Assembly: GCF_009914755.1 (NCBI RefSeq)
Contig: NC_060926.1
DNA length: 64,000 nucleotides
Direction: 5' to 3' (one strand)
From: the human T2T-CHM13v2.0 reference genome, Homo sapiens
Shown here: in pieces, positions 14,916 to 34,138 of the stretch
How the letters are laid out: every line of letters begins with the position of its first letter
How positions within the stretch are numbered: the first letter of the stretch is position 1
The notes under the pieces: model-generated
Told to the model about the DNA's origin: nothing
Database searches by the model: none
The model's input: the letters and a program-made list of their open reading frames with translations, nothing else
Program-made: the position numbers and the translations under genes

Positions 14916-15182
14916 AGCTGCAGGCAATACCATGAGCCTGAAAAGAAAAAAAACAGAATTTGGGCCCACCAAGGTAGCCAAGATAGGTTTTCACAGAATC
15001 AACATTCAACTTCGGTAATTTTCTTCATCATTTGTTTGTTTCCTTTTGCATTGATTTCTACTCTTCTCAGCTTTCTCTTATAGACAGCAAAGATTTGGCT
15101 CTGCCTTTTGTATTCAGTCTGAAAACCTCTGCCTTTTAATTCGAATGTTTACATAAGTTACATAAACAGTAATGATTGAGAA
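14916..15182. repeat. Left arm of 267-bp inverted duplication (derived copy)
   Basis: Ungapped manual alignment to the reverse complement of 20137-20403 gives about 18 mismatches in 267 bp. Confidence 0.95.
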
Positions 15183-15824
15183 TTATGTTAATTAGTATAT
15201 ATTGAATTAAGAAATAAGGTTTATAATTTTATGATTCTATAAAAGTTATTTGCATTGATTTGGAACTTTACTATTAACAGATCTCAGTGGCTGGTACAGG
15301 CTAAAAGTTTTTATTCTGTAATTTACAGATCATTGTTAAAAATATAGATATGTTGGAATCCAATAATATGCCTTACTAAGCCCAATATTTAACCTTTTTC
15401 ATTGACAAAATGTGATTTTAATAACTTTCTTGTCTTTGAGTAATAAGGCAATATATAGACTACCTATGGGATATACATATTAAGTAGCCTTTCCCAAAAC
15501 TTTCCTTTTGATGAATTAGTTTTTTTCTAAGAATAGATTTTTTTAGATTGAATATTGAGAATGAAAGGTGTAATTATAAGAGGACTAGACAGAAAGCACT
15601 AATGATAACCCAAAGCATGTGATTCTACATATTAACACAATAATTTCTGAAGCTAAAAAATTAAATTCTATGTTGAGTAAAGTTGAGTATGAAAGTACAA
15701 ATCAGACCATGAATATTGGCAAAATATAACACAACCATGTTTTAGAAGAAACTCAAATTATGTGTGTCTTTGTGTGTTTGTCTGCACACAAAGCTGTAAA
15801 ATCTGCATTATCTCACCTAAAATA

Positions 15825-19200
<3,376 letters not shown>

Positions 19201-19592
19201 CAAAAGATTCTAAAGGGTATATCAGAAAGGATGAGTTAAGTTGTGCTGCAGTAATAAGCAGCCCCAAATCAGCAACTTGCCACACAGTTTCTTTTGTCTG
19301 TTTTTTTTAGTTACACTGTATTTCTCTCACGGCCAGCAGGAGGTTTGTTGCAGCTACTTAGGTATTCAGGCTGCAGAGACTCTGACTTTACATGGCTTTT
19401 ATGATCTAGGTGCTGGAGAAGATGTTGCAGTTTGTTTGTTTGCTCTTAGAGTTTCTGCCCAAAAGTGATACTTACTATTTCAACTCATGTTTCACCATGA
19501 AAGCAAGTTACATGTCCATGCGTAATTTCAAAGGGAAGGGAAAGTAGATCCTACCATGTGCTTAGAAAGAGAAGAAGAAGCTGAAATTTTCT

Positions 19593-19751
19593 TTAATTTA
19601 ATTTAGTTTTTTATTTTTAAATTTTTTATTTTGTAGAGATGGGGTTTTGCCATGTTGCCCAGGATGGTCCCAACCTCCAGAGCGCAAGTGATCTGCCTGC
19701 TTTGGTCTCTGAAAGTGCTGGGATTACAGGTGTGAGCTACCATACCTGACC
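19593..19751 (-). mobile_element. FLAM / Alu left monomer
   Basis: T-rich tail followed by a single monomer; TSD ctgaaattttct / ctgaatttttct. Confidence 0.85.
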
Positions 19752-20136
19752 TCTGAATTTTTCTAAACATCACTATTGACTACCGTAAAGGGTAGTTTTT
19801 ACTTTGGCTATGAATGAAGATCCACAAACAGGGCAGAATGCTTAAGCATAGAAATCCGTGGCAACTTGGTGTTCCCTTTCTGTTGATATACCTCTTTTCT
19901 TCAGGAAAAAAAAGACCCTGGGAAAGTGCATGATGACATCTAAGGTTGTTCTACTTATGCCTTTAGAGTATTAATTTTTTTAAATGGCTCCCTGATTACA
20001 TATTGAGTTAAAATTCTTTTTCTTTGAATGAGAAAGAAAAAGTGTTGGAAGAAGGCAGGAAAAGAGGCCAAGAGTAACAAAAAACAGATGGGAATAATAG
20101 AAAAGCCATAACAAAATGGCTTATTTAGATTCAACC

Positions 20137-20403
20137 TTCTCAATAATTACTTTTTATGTAAATTATATAAACACTCCAATTAAAAGGCAGAGGTTTTCAG
20201 ACTGAATACAAAAGGCAGAGCCAAATCTTTGCTGTCTATAAGAGAAAGCTGAGAAGAGCAGAAATCAGTGCAAAAGTAAGCAAACAAGTGATGAAGAAAA
20301 TTAAAGAGGTTGAATGTTGATTCTGTGAAAACCTATCTTGGCTACCTTGGTGGGCCCAAATTCTGTTTTTTGTCTTTTCAGGCTTATGGTGTTGCCTACA
20401 GCT
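20137..20403. repeat. Right arm of 267-bp inverted duplication (parental copy, made of old L1 pieces)
   Basis: L1-like sequence continues past both ends of this copy, but not past the ends of the left copy. Confidence 0.9.
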
Positions 20404-20802
20404 ATTACTGGCTTCTCTGCCGCTTAGTGGTCACTCACTGACCAGCTTCTCAGACTCTTCCTATGGTCCATGAATCAAAAAATATTTTGAGAAGAAAAGC
20501 AATATGCAGATAAACAGGTGCACCTTAAGAACTTCCTTTCTCCTTCAAAATCTGGACACTCAAATCTTTGGAGTACCCCAGACACCCTCCAATTTCTTTA
20601 AAAGGATTTAAAATAAATTTGTAAGTATTTACAGTAGGAATAATGTCATTCTGCTGCAAGCCACTCCATTATAGCCAGAAGAGAAAATTATCTGTAAATG
20701 ATTATTGACTAGCACTGATTAATGTCCATGGATTTGGCCTTGTTGTGAAAGTATTTTGCATCCTCTAAATACAGGTATGTCTATTGAGTTATTTATAATA
20801 GT

Positions 20803-20855
20803 ATTAGTATTAGTAGTAGTGGTGGTGGTGGTGGTGGTGGTGGTAGTAGTAGTAG
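20803..20855. repeat. Compound (TAG)n(TGG)n(TAG)n microsatellite
   Basis: Directly visible. Confidence 0.9.
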
Positions 20856-22317
20856 CATTTGCAATTTAACTTAGTTTTGGATCTGTAATTCATTGCTTAA
20901 AATATTTAAGAAATTTAGCTTAACAACTATAGATTTAAAAATACAGTCATTTTGTATACCAAAAAATGCCTTTCACATCCATGCCGTATAGTCAAAGGAA
21001 GTAGAAATTGCCAAAACTCTCATAGTGAAAGCTTGAAATAGTTGCTATAATTAATTCATATTTCTATCTCTCAGACAGTGACTACCTACCTATTAAAATG
21101 TCTGTCTGACTTTCAAGAAGAACTGGATGACTTTCAGCAAAATATGGTTCAAATAACACAAAAATTAAGCTATACGTTTAATCATAGGAAATTTAATATT
21201 TTTGAAATGTTTCAAAGTTATGCTTGTAATCCTAAAGCTGCTAAATATATCAAAAACCAAACAAGCATGAATTTTGAAAGGCAGTGTGCCACCATAATGT
21301 TAAAAGTCTTTTAGAATAATTCTGTGTCTATGTAAGTAAAAAAATTTTAGCAAAAGGAAAGAATGATAAATTACTATGTGAAGTGTATGCTGTTGGTGGT
21401 TAGTTAATTAAAAAAAGCAGCCTACAAGATACAAAAAAATGCACATTTTTTTCTCCAAAAGCCTGCTGTTAAATTGATAATGCAGCTTCTATTTGATGGT
21501 GTCATCAAATCGAGGAAACAATATGTTTCTGTATTAGAGTATGGAAGTACATGCTTTTCTCATAGCTTTAATTTTCCAGCATTTTATCTGCAATCATTTT
21601 ATTCTAAACTCACATACAATTGTTTGGTCTGTTGGTTGGTTGATTGGAAGGCTCTGTGGCCCCCATCCGAACTCCCTTCTGTGTGCCTTAGCAAGTCATA
21701 TATCAAAAGGGCTTTTTGGCAGTTAATAGCTGCCGCTTCTCTTGATTTGCTTCTTTTTGCTGATATTGTGACCAAATCTTTCAGACATTTGTTTTTGTGC
21801 TTTTAAATGCAAATTCCAGTCTGTGGGAGAGAACACGTTTTGAAAAATCTTGCCCCTTGCTTTGTGGTTTGCATATTAGAATGACTCATGGTCTGCATTT
21901 CGGATGATTGCTGACCATGATATGCTCTGAACAGTTCCTAATTAAAATGGGTGACTTTTACTTCTGGAGTTTTGCTGGGGTGTTCAATATATCCAATTAA
22001 CTTTTACCTTTGAAGCCAAAATTACAATAAGCGGAACAGTACTCTGGATACTATGTCTGGGCTGTTTGAAAATATTTAGAGATTATTTAGGAAGATATAA
22101 TTTGCTTGATTATGATCTTTCTAGATTTGGCAGAATTTAGAACTCTGTAACAGTTTTTCATATTACATGCATTTTCTTGAAGTCATTTTGAGTAGAGATA
22201 CTTTTCAGGAGTATATTATGGGCCATTAATTAAACTCCATCAACGAATGTCAGCATTGAAATCATATTAAAAGTTGATCATTTTTAGTTTGAAATTGTAG
22301 TCATTTATGATTGAAGT

Positions 22318-22401
22318 TATAGTCTAAGGCTATAGTCTAAGGTCTAAGGCTATAGTCTAAGGTCACACTACATTGAGGCTATAGTCTAAGGTCACATTGA
22401 G
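22318..22401. repeat. Complex micro-duplication cluster of tatagtctaagg
   Basis: Four copies of tatagtctaagg plus partial tctaagg and acattgag repeats. Confidence 0.85.
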
Positions 22402-22755
22402 TACTCATCTGCATAAACACTTCATCAACCCCTTTGGAAGAGCAGGCCATCACCCTATCCCTCCCTCATGCATTTTATCATTTTTTTATATGAATATCTA
22501 GAAATATTCACAGGCAAATGGCCAAGAAAGTGAGATCCCTAGGACGTCAATATTAACATTTCCAACAAAGGAAAAGTCATTCTCATCCTCTCAGAGCGTG
22601 TAACTGATTAGAGAGTGTACTTGAAGGTAGAAGATAACCAGAAAAGTGTTGCAGACTGCACCTTAGGCACCTCTTTGATGCCACTTCTGCTCTTTTCAGA
22701 CTCAGGTGTTTGGACACTTGTTCCTGGCTCGTCCACTACTGATTCTTCCTAGATA

Positions 22756-25318
<2,563 letters not shown>

Positions 25319-25537
25319 GGTTTTAGAGAAAACCTAAGTGCTTTTAATACTACAGTGCCACCACAGACCTAAACTGGGACTCTGTCTGTAAAGCAGAACC
25401 TGTGGCCATCCGAATCTCAGCAACTAACGTCCTGCAGCCACCATATAATAGAGATTTCTGTTTGCCCACCTGTACTGTTATTGGTGCTTCTCTGTTGACT
25501 CTGAAGTTTAGTAAGAATAGCAGTCTGAGCTTTGTGC

Positions 25538-25914
25538 TGTCTTGGTCCGTCAGTGCTGCTATCACAAAATACCTGAGACTGGGTAATCTATAAAGAACAG
25601 AAATTTATTTCTTATAGGTCTAGAGGCTGGAAGTCCAAAATGAAGACAATGGCAGGTTTTGTGTCTGATGAGGGTCTGGTCTCTGCTTCCAAGATGGTGC
25701 CTTGAATGCTGAGTCCTCAAATGGTGAAAGGTGAAAGGACAAAACAGCCTAAATAGTTCCCTCCAGCTTCTTAATAAAAGCAGAAGTCCATCCTTGTGGG
25801 TGGGGCCCTTATGGCCTAATTACTTCTCAGAGACCACACCTTTTAATATTGTTTCATTGGCAGTTAAGTGTCAACATGAATTTTGGACGGAACACAAATA
25901 TTCACACCATAGCA
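25538..25914 (-). mobile_element. MaLR solo LTR (MST-type)
   Basis: tgtcttggtcc..gctgctatcacaaaatacctgagactgggtaat ... cacaccatagca. Confidence 0.8.
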
Positions 25915-27051
25915 GTGCCCATGCATGTGCAACTTGTAAGGTGAGAAAATTAACCCCCTTTTGGAGCAAGCCTTTTAGCAATGGAAGTCAGTGGATATTT
26001 TTGTTTCTTCTATGTACCAACTATAATAAAAGCTTCAGAAAGGGGCTCTCAAAAGACAGTAACAAAATATGAACAGTCAGGCTTGCTTGATGTGAAGTGG
26101 TAGCCAGCCAGGAATGCACTTTTGCATTGTCTCTTCCCATTCCTTGCTTTCTTTCTCAAACTCCTGGTGCATGAGATCCCATTGCTTAATAAAGCAATAC
26201 CACATAGGCTTATGCCTCAGGCTCTGCTCTTTGAGTAACTAGCCTGAGAATATTGGGAACAGTTACATCTATAAAAACAAATTTGGCACTGTTTTAGATG
26301 AATACATTAAATCCATTTCAGTTGGTGCCTTAGGAAAATAGCTACTAGCTCTTGGCAATAGGCAGCTGTAATCTTCAGAGGTCAAGGGCATAAGAAAATA
26401 TAATATAGATACAACAACTATTAGCAAAGGCTCCCAACAACAGAACTCAGTGGCAGCAGACTTGGAAAAGTTCTAACAAAAGTAAAGTCTGAGAAAGTGT
26501 TTGCTCACCTTGAGGGAAAAATTGGGAAAAAAAAAGACAGTACGAAAATGATGTAACACAGTAAAGCAAAGCAAAAGAGGTGGCCTAAATGTAGAACTGC
26601 ATAGAAATAAAATTTTGCAGGAAGCAGTTGCATGAGGAGGCTGAGGAGCAGAGAATGAATGTGTGCTTTGTGGAAAGCAACAAATTTGGAATCTTACACA
26701 GGCTTCACTCCTCCTACAAAAATCTCTTGCAGATAGCTGGCTCAAAAACACCCAGTCATATGAATGGTATTTTAGAAAAGGGACTAGAACCTTTTATATA
26801 CAACATCTATACAAAGATGCGACCAAAAGGGGAAGAAAAGAACAGCAAAGAACACCCAAAGAAGAAGAGAATTCCCCAGAAAATTGTTGTTATGGGGGAG
26901 ACCAAAATTACAAAAAATAAAATTTTCATTAATTTCGAAGAAATGCCATTTAAAAAGTATACAATGAAGAAGAAGTGGAACTTGGGGAAGAGATGTAAGA
27001 AAGCAAGACACTATTAAACACAGCCTGACAGAACTCAGAATAGAAACACCC

Positions 27052-29210
27052 TGGCTTGTTTCATTTAACATAATGACTTCCAGTTCCATCCATGTTGCTG
27101 CAAATGACATGATTTCATACTTTTTAATGACTGAATAGTATTCCATTGTACATATATACCACTTTTTATTATCCATTCATCTGTTGATGGACAGTTAGGT
27201 TAATTCCATATATTTGCTATTGTGAATAGTGCTTCAATAAAGATGTGAGTACAGGTGTCTCTTATATACTGATCTCCTTTCCTTTGGATAAATACCCAGT
27301 AGCAAGATTACTGAATCATATGGTAATTATATTTTTAGTTTTTTTGAAAAACCTCCATACTGTTTTCCATAGTGGCTGTACTAATTTACATTTCCACCAG
27401 TAAGAATTCTCTTTTCTTTACATCACCAGCATTTGCTGTTTCTTGTCATTTTAATAATAGCCATTCTAACTGCGGTAGGAGGACATCTCCTTGTGGTTTT
27501 GATTTGCATTTCCCTGATGATTAGTAATGTTGAGCATTTTTTAGATACCTATTGGCAATTTGTATGTCTTTTGAGGAATGTCTATTCATGTCCTTTACCC
27601 GCTTTGTAACCAGTTGCATGTAATTAATCTGATTACATTTTTATTACATATTATTACTTTTTTCCTGTTGAGCTTTTTGAGTTCTGTATTAGTCCATTTT
27701 CTTACTGCTATGAAGAAACACCCATGACTGGGTAATTTATAAAGCAAAAGAGATTTAATGGACTCACGGTTTCACATGACTGGGGAGGCCTCACAATCTT
27801 GGTGGAAGGTGAAGGAGGAGCAAAAGCATGTCTTATATGGCAGCAAGCAAGAGAGCTTGTGCAGGGGAACTGCACTTTATAAAACCATCATGCCTCCTGA
27901 GACTTATTCACAGTCATGAGAACAGCATGAGAAAAACTGCCCCCATGATTCAGTTACATCCCACCAGGTCCCTCCCATGACATGTGGGGATTATGAGAGC
28001 TACAATTCAAGATGAGATTTGGGTGGGGACACAGCCCAACCACATCAAGTTCCTTGTATATTCTCAATATTGGTTCCTTGTTGGATGAATAGTTTGTGAA
28101 TTTTCTCCCATTTGGCAGATCATTTCTTCACTCTGTTGATTCTTTCATTTGCTATGAAGAAGCTTTTTAGTTTACTATAGTCTCATTTTTCTATTTTTGT
28201 TTTTGTTGACTGTACTTTTAAGGTCATAGTGCTAAAATCTTTGCCTAGACCAATGTCCTGAAGTATTCCCCCTAAGTTTTCTTCTAGTGGTTCTATAGTT
28301 TCAGGTCTTGCATTTAAAGTCTTTAATCCATTATAAGTTGATTTGTGTACAATGTGAGAAATAGCAGTCCAATTTCATTCTTCTGCCCATGGCTATCCAA
28401 TTTTCCCAGCATCATTTATGGAAGAGGGTATCCTTTCCCCAACATATGTTCTTGATACCTTTGTCCAAACTCAGTGGGCTATAAATATGTAGACTTATTT
28501 CTAGTTTCTCTATTCTGTTCCATTGGTCTATGTGTTTTTTTTAAATACCAATAGCATGATGTTTTAGTTACATATATATTGCATCTTTGTCTGGTTTTAG
28601 TATCAGGGTAATTGTGGTATCACAGAATGAGTAAGGGAGAATTCAGCAAATTCTCACATTGAGAAATCAAGGTATAAATTAAGCAGGAAAACCAAAAAAT
28701 TATTCAAACAAATAAAAATCAAAATACACCACAACCAATGAGATACAGCAAAAGCAGTTCTAAGAGTTCCATCAGTTTTTTTGGAATAGTTTAAAGAAAA
28801 TTGGTTTTAGTTCTTCTGTTTATATTTGGTAGAATTTGGCATTAATGCTATACAGTCCTGGACTTTTCTTTTTGGGGATACTTTTTTTAAATTACTGATT
28901 TAATTTTCTTACTCATTATTAGTCTGTTTAGGTTTTCTGTTTCTTCTTGATTCAATGGGTAGGTTGTGTGTGTCCAGGAATTTATCTATTTTCTCTAGAC
29001 TTTCCAGTTTGTTAGTGTATAGTTGTTCATAACAGTCTCTGATGAACTCTTCTATTTCTGTGGTATCAATTCTACTGTCACTTTTTTGTTTCTGATTTTA
29101 TTTATTTGAGTCTTCTCTCTTTTTTTCTTGGTTAGTGTGGCTTTCAGTTTGTTGATTTTGGTTATTTTTCAGAAAACTAACTTTTTGTTTTGTTGATCCT
29201 TTGTATTTTT
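27052..29210 (-). mobile_element. L1MA-type element, rearranged and interrupted by THE1
   Basis: ORF 26784..27176 N-terminus (WYICTMEYYSVIKKYEIMSFAATWMELE) is the L1 ORF2 tail; antisense L1 continues with deletions. Confidence 0.8.
27685..28047 (-). mobile_element. THE1 (C/D-like) solo LTR
   Basis: tgtattagtccattttc..gatgagatttgggtggggacacagcccaaccacatca; 363 bp; perfect TSD AGTTC at 27680-27684 and 28048-28052. Confidence 0.92.
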
Positions 29211-29253
29211 CACCTAAAAGATATAGATTGGCTGGTGAATAAAAAAGACATGA

Positions 29254-29706
<453 letters not shown>

Positions 29707-29709
29707 TCT

Positions 29710-30140
29710 AACAGGTTTTGTTTTGTTTTGTTTTTTTACTTTTGTGTGTTTTCGTGATGATAGAGTCCATTTGTTTCCAGTACATGTCTCCCTTAAGCAT
29801 GTACTGTAGGTCCCGTCTAGTGGTAATGAATTTCCTCAGCTTTTGTTTGTCTAGGAAATACATTTATGAAAGAAAACTTTACTGAGTATAGTATATTTGG
29901 CTAATAGTTTTCTTTTTCTTTCAGCACTTAGAATATCCCATCTCAATCTCTCCTGGCCTATAAGGTTTCTGCTGAGAAATACTCACCATCCTCCATGAAA
30001 TTATTATTCTGTTATTCTGATAGAGGTTCCCTGATAAGTGACTAGACATTTTTCTTTTGCTGTTTTTAAAGTTCTCTTTTTGCCATTCACTTTTGAGAGT
30101 TTGACTATAATGTGCCATGGAGAATATCTTTTTTGCATAA
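29710..30140 (-). mobile_element. Old L1 ORF1-region fragment
   Basis: aatttcctcagcttttgtttgtctagg, gtttctgctgagaaat and tttgactataatgtgcc motifs. Confidence 0.7.
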
Positions 30141-30399
30141 GGCAATTAGAGAGCAATCCTACATTTTGTTGCCTGATATTTAAGTAAAATCTGAAAATGT
30201 CTAAGTGTAAAGATTATCTGGATAATTTCAAAGTTAAACAGGACAAAAAGCTAAGGAACAAAACAGTGCGCATAAGACCAAATTATCCTAGGTCAGCCAC
30301 GCTTATCAAAATGCAAATCCCAGGTCCGAGAAATTTCCAAAGTTGTCAGATGAAACAACTCTGCAAAGATAGTGGTATGTCACAGGGACATGGGAGGGT

Positions 30400-31190
30400 G
30401 TTAACTGAAAAAACTGCCAATGGTCAAAGCTGGAACAATTCAAACAAGAAAATAAAGTACTATTGGATTTTAACTCAAATTGTAAAATGAATACCCATGA
30501 GTCCATGATGATATAACTATTCCTAATAATGTATGCAGATACTTTGTTCTCAAAGAGGTGGAGCATAACTCCTCACTCTTTCTTGTGGGCTGCACAGGGT
30601 GGCTTCCTTCTCAATATTACTGCATGAAGAGGGGAAAAAAGCGTAAATTGGTAGTGGAGAAACCTGACAAACACTACTTTGGTTAAGAGCAAGGCTAACA
30701 TCAGCAGCGGTAAACCATGTTCACCGTATGCATCCTTGATATGATGTGATGAGAAGGACACTTTATCACTATTGTCCTTCTCCCCAGATCCCAAAATGCA
30801 ACTCTGATTCATTAAGAAAACATTAGCCAAACCCCAACTGACATTCTACAAATACCCCTCAAAGCTGTCAAGATCATCAAAAATGAGAAAAGCCTGAGAA
30901 ACCGTCGTAGCCAAAAGGAGCCTAGGCAGATGTGATGATTCATCGTAATGTGGTATCCTGGGTAGGATCCTGGAACAGAAAAAAGGACATGAGGAAAAAC
31001 TAAGGAAATTTGAATGAAACATACACTTCAGTTAATAATAATGTACCCATATTGGGTCATTAATTGTGACAAATGTTCCATAATAACTAATAATTTTAGT
31101 AATGGCGACACTCGGTAGGAAATCTCTGTACTATCTTTGCAATTTTCTGCAACTTTCCTATTATTTATAAATTTTATTAAAAAAATTCAA
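30400..31190 (+). mobile_element. L1MC-type 3' end
   Basis: caatggtcaaagctggaacaatt, gtggagaaacctgacaaacactac and tggtatcctgggtaggatcctggaacagaaaaaaggaca motifs. Confidence 0.7.
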
Positions 31191-32989
31191 ATCCCATATC
31201 CTGCCCTGGATTGCTCCCCTCTCCAACAGGGCGGAGGAGCTACACCTTCCTGTCATGTCTGTTCCCCAAACTCTGCCTCCACATGGGACAGACTCAGTTC
31301 TTTGTTGCTATTGTGTCTTGCACACACCATTACTCAGCAGGAAATTCAAAGGGCACTAGGATTAGGCTCATTTCGGCATATCTATTGGCATTCCTAGATC
31401 CCAAATCCTCTCCCAAATGCCTAGAGGTCGAATTATTTATTCTTAACCTGTTGCCGACTTGCCAGGGCTTCTGCTCCCTCTAACTGTAATCACCCAAGTT
31501 CCTGGCCTCTGCTTTGACCTGGCTTTCGCAACTTGATTTATTATTCCTGAAATGGAAAGAAAGCATGTTAGTTTTGGAGGGAAACTTAGACTGTATAGTC
31601 AAATCCTTTCACTTTATAAGAAAACCAAGATCCAAAAGTCTCATAGCTAGTCTTGACCCCAGAGGCAAATAGAATTTTATTTTTAAATCTTTTGGAGTAA
31701 ATGTAAGATAAAATATTTTCCTAGTTTCTTTTCTGTTGGTTTCTAAAGCTCTTATATTCAGAAAAGAGAGCCTGTATTTGATTCGTTAGTTAATGCAGCA
31801 GAGTGTAAAAAGTAGAATTAATTTTGACTTTTAAGCCTTGGTCTATATTTGCCTTTAGACACAGAGGCCACATTTTTCTTTATGGAAATGAGATTCAGAA
31901 TATTAGGCATTTGAATGAATCATTGACCATGTTATCTCCTCTTAGATGATATGGTAGAAATTTGTAGAAGCAATCTCTAAGAAAGCAATCTAAATTTAGA
32001 GTTGTGCTTTGCGTAAGATGTTACAGGCTCTGAAAATAATATATTTATTTTGGAGCTGTTGCAAATTGTCCCTTGACAATTCCAACAATCATAATAAAAA
32101 CGGGGACATCTCTGAAGATATAGAACAGGTCCAGAGGTATGGAAATTTTGCCTCTTCTGACTGGTCATATAAAAATATCCATGCTGACAGGGTGTTATTT
32201 TTTTCCTTGCCAATAATCATTTTAGGCCTTTTAGACTGAAAAAAGAAGAAGAAATAAATTAGCCTCTTGCTGAAACATTTCTACTGAATACCAGGATGCA
32301 TTTAAGAAGTGGAAAAATATGTGGGATTTGAACATATCACACACAAAAAATTAGGATGACTTTAAAAAATACTGATATTTCTCTTTACTTTTCAGTTCTT
32401 AAAGTCTATCATGTCTGAAATTTGCTCTAACTCCCACCAAACAGTAAAATGGAATAATGATCACTCAAATTTCGAAGAAAAGCACATTTGCACCTCCCAA
32501 CTTTCTGTTACTTCTTTTGCTATCTAGCATCAAGAAAAAGTTATTTTGAAAATCGTAACCATTTCCTAGAGTTGACCCAGATCTTTCTTCCAATGAATCC
32601 ATGGATCAAATACTATACAGCAATGAGAATGAACAAATAATTACTATAAGTGACAGCTTGGATGAATCTCACAAACATAATGTTAAGTTAAATGAGCCAA
32701 ACACAGCACATACTGTATGATTCCACTTATATAAGGTTTAGACACAGACAGAACTAACCCATGGAGTCAAGATATAGTTATCATTGGGGGATCATTAGTC
32801 ATCCCCCATATGCAAAGCGAGGGCCTCCTTTTGATCTTATACTGTTCTGTTTCTTAAGCTAGGTGCTGGTTACACAGTATGTTATATTGGCAAAAATGAA
32901 TTAAGCTGATTATACTTATGATATGGATACTTCTTTCTATTTGAATATAACATACTGCAATAAAACTTTTATTTAAGAAAATCAGTCTG

Positions 32990-33131
32990 AATCCCAGCAA
33001 CTCAGGAGGCTGAGGCAGGAGGATCACTTGAGCCCAGAAGTTCAAGGTTGCTTGAGCTATGATTGTGCCATTGCACTCCAGCCTGGGCAACAGAGTGAGT
33101 CCCAAACTCTATAAAAAGAAAGAAAAAAAAA
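32990..33131 (+). mobile_element. FRAM / Alu right monomer
   Basis: Single right arm with A tail; flanked by aaaatcagt on both sides. Confidence 0.85.
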
Positions 33132-34073
33132 TCAGTTATCAGTCTGAAAATCTTCGCCTCAAGATAGATGATTTTTAACCTGTGGTTCTTAGTAAAGCCA
33201 ATCTGCATTCCATCCAAGAAACTTAAATTATGATTACAAATCACAAAAAGGTTTGCCTGGATTTTAAGATTTTTCCTTTAGACCTTAGCTATGGCATAAA
33301 TGATGATGAGGGTCTTTGCTAAGCAGTGATCTGAGGAAGCTACTTGCTCCAAATTTTAGCAGTTCTAAGAATCTCACTGCATTTTTTTCTAATGTGGGGT
33401 GTTAAAAGTATTTTAGATGTATTGAAGTCAGGGTCATTTTGCATAAAACTTGGAGAATTGAATCTTGATTGCGTAGAAATGCTACTGTACTATGGGCATT
33501 ATTCATTTCTAGTTCAACCACAATGAAATTGCTTTGTAGTTATTTTCTTAAGAGAACAAGCCAAATATATAGAACAAGAGAAGGTCAAAAGCATTCTACC
33601 GTGTTTTCACTATGTTGATTTCTTAGAACCTATGCAACACCTGCCATGAAATTCACCTCAGCAAGAAGTTACTATTATCTTGGAGACATTACACTTTTTC
33701 ATTAATTTGACTCAAGCTTCCTTAAAGCATATAAGTGCTGCACAAAGAATGGAAGTTTTGACTTGACATGGTAGTGAATAAAACTGATATTAGCACAAAC
33801 GGTTATTTAGAACTAAAAATAGTTCAGATTTTCTATCATTTCAATTTTTAAAAGAAAGGCATTGAAAATTGATCTTGAAACATAGCATTTAGTATAATTA
33901 CACAGTGTGTATGTTTTAGCACACGTTGAAAATACTGACTGGATATCCTGGGAGCTCTTATCACAGTAGACCACAGCACATTCAAAAATCTGTCTATCAT
34001 TTGGTTGTTGCTATAGCAACAACCTAGTTCCTGCTGGAGAGAACAGGATCGCTGCGCTGGCTCCCACAGAACT

Positions 34074-34138
34074 ATAAGCTTGCTTTTACCCATTGTCCAG
34101 CCATAAGCTTGCTTTTACCCATTGTCCAGCCATAAGCT
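34074..34138. repeat. Perfect 29-bp tandem duplication
   Basis: (ataagcttgcttttacccattgtccagcc)x2 followed by ataagct. Confidence 0.95.

Noticed and set aside
21491-21510. Short palindrome atttgatg-gtgt-catcaaat
   Set aside because: Arms of 8 bp are expected by chance in 64 kb of AT-rich DNA.
26473-27017. Lys/Glu-rich ORFs
   Set aside because: A-rich, decayed L1-like sequence; no evidence of a gene.
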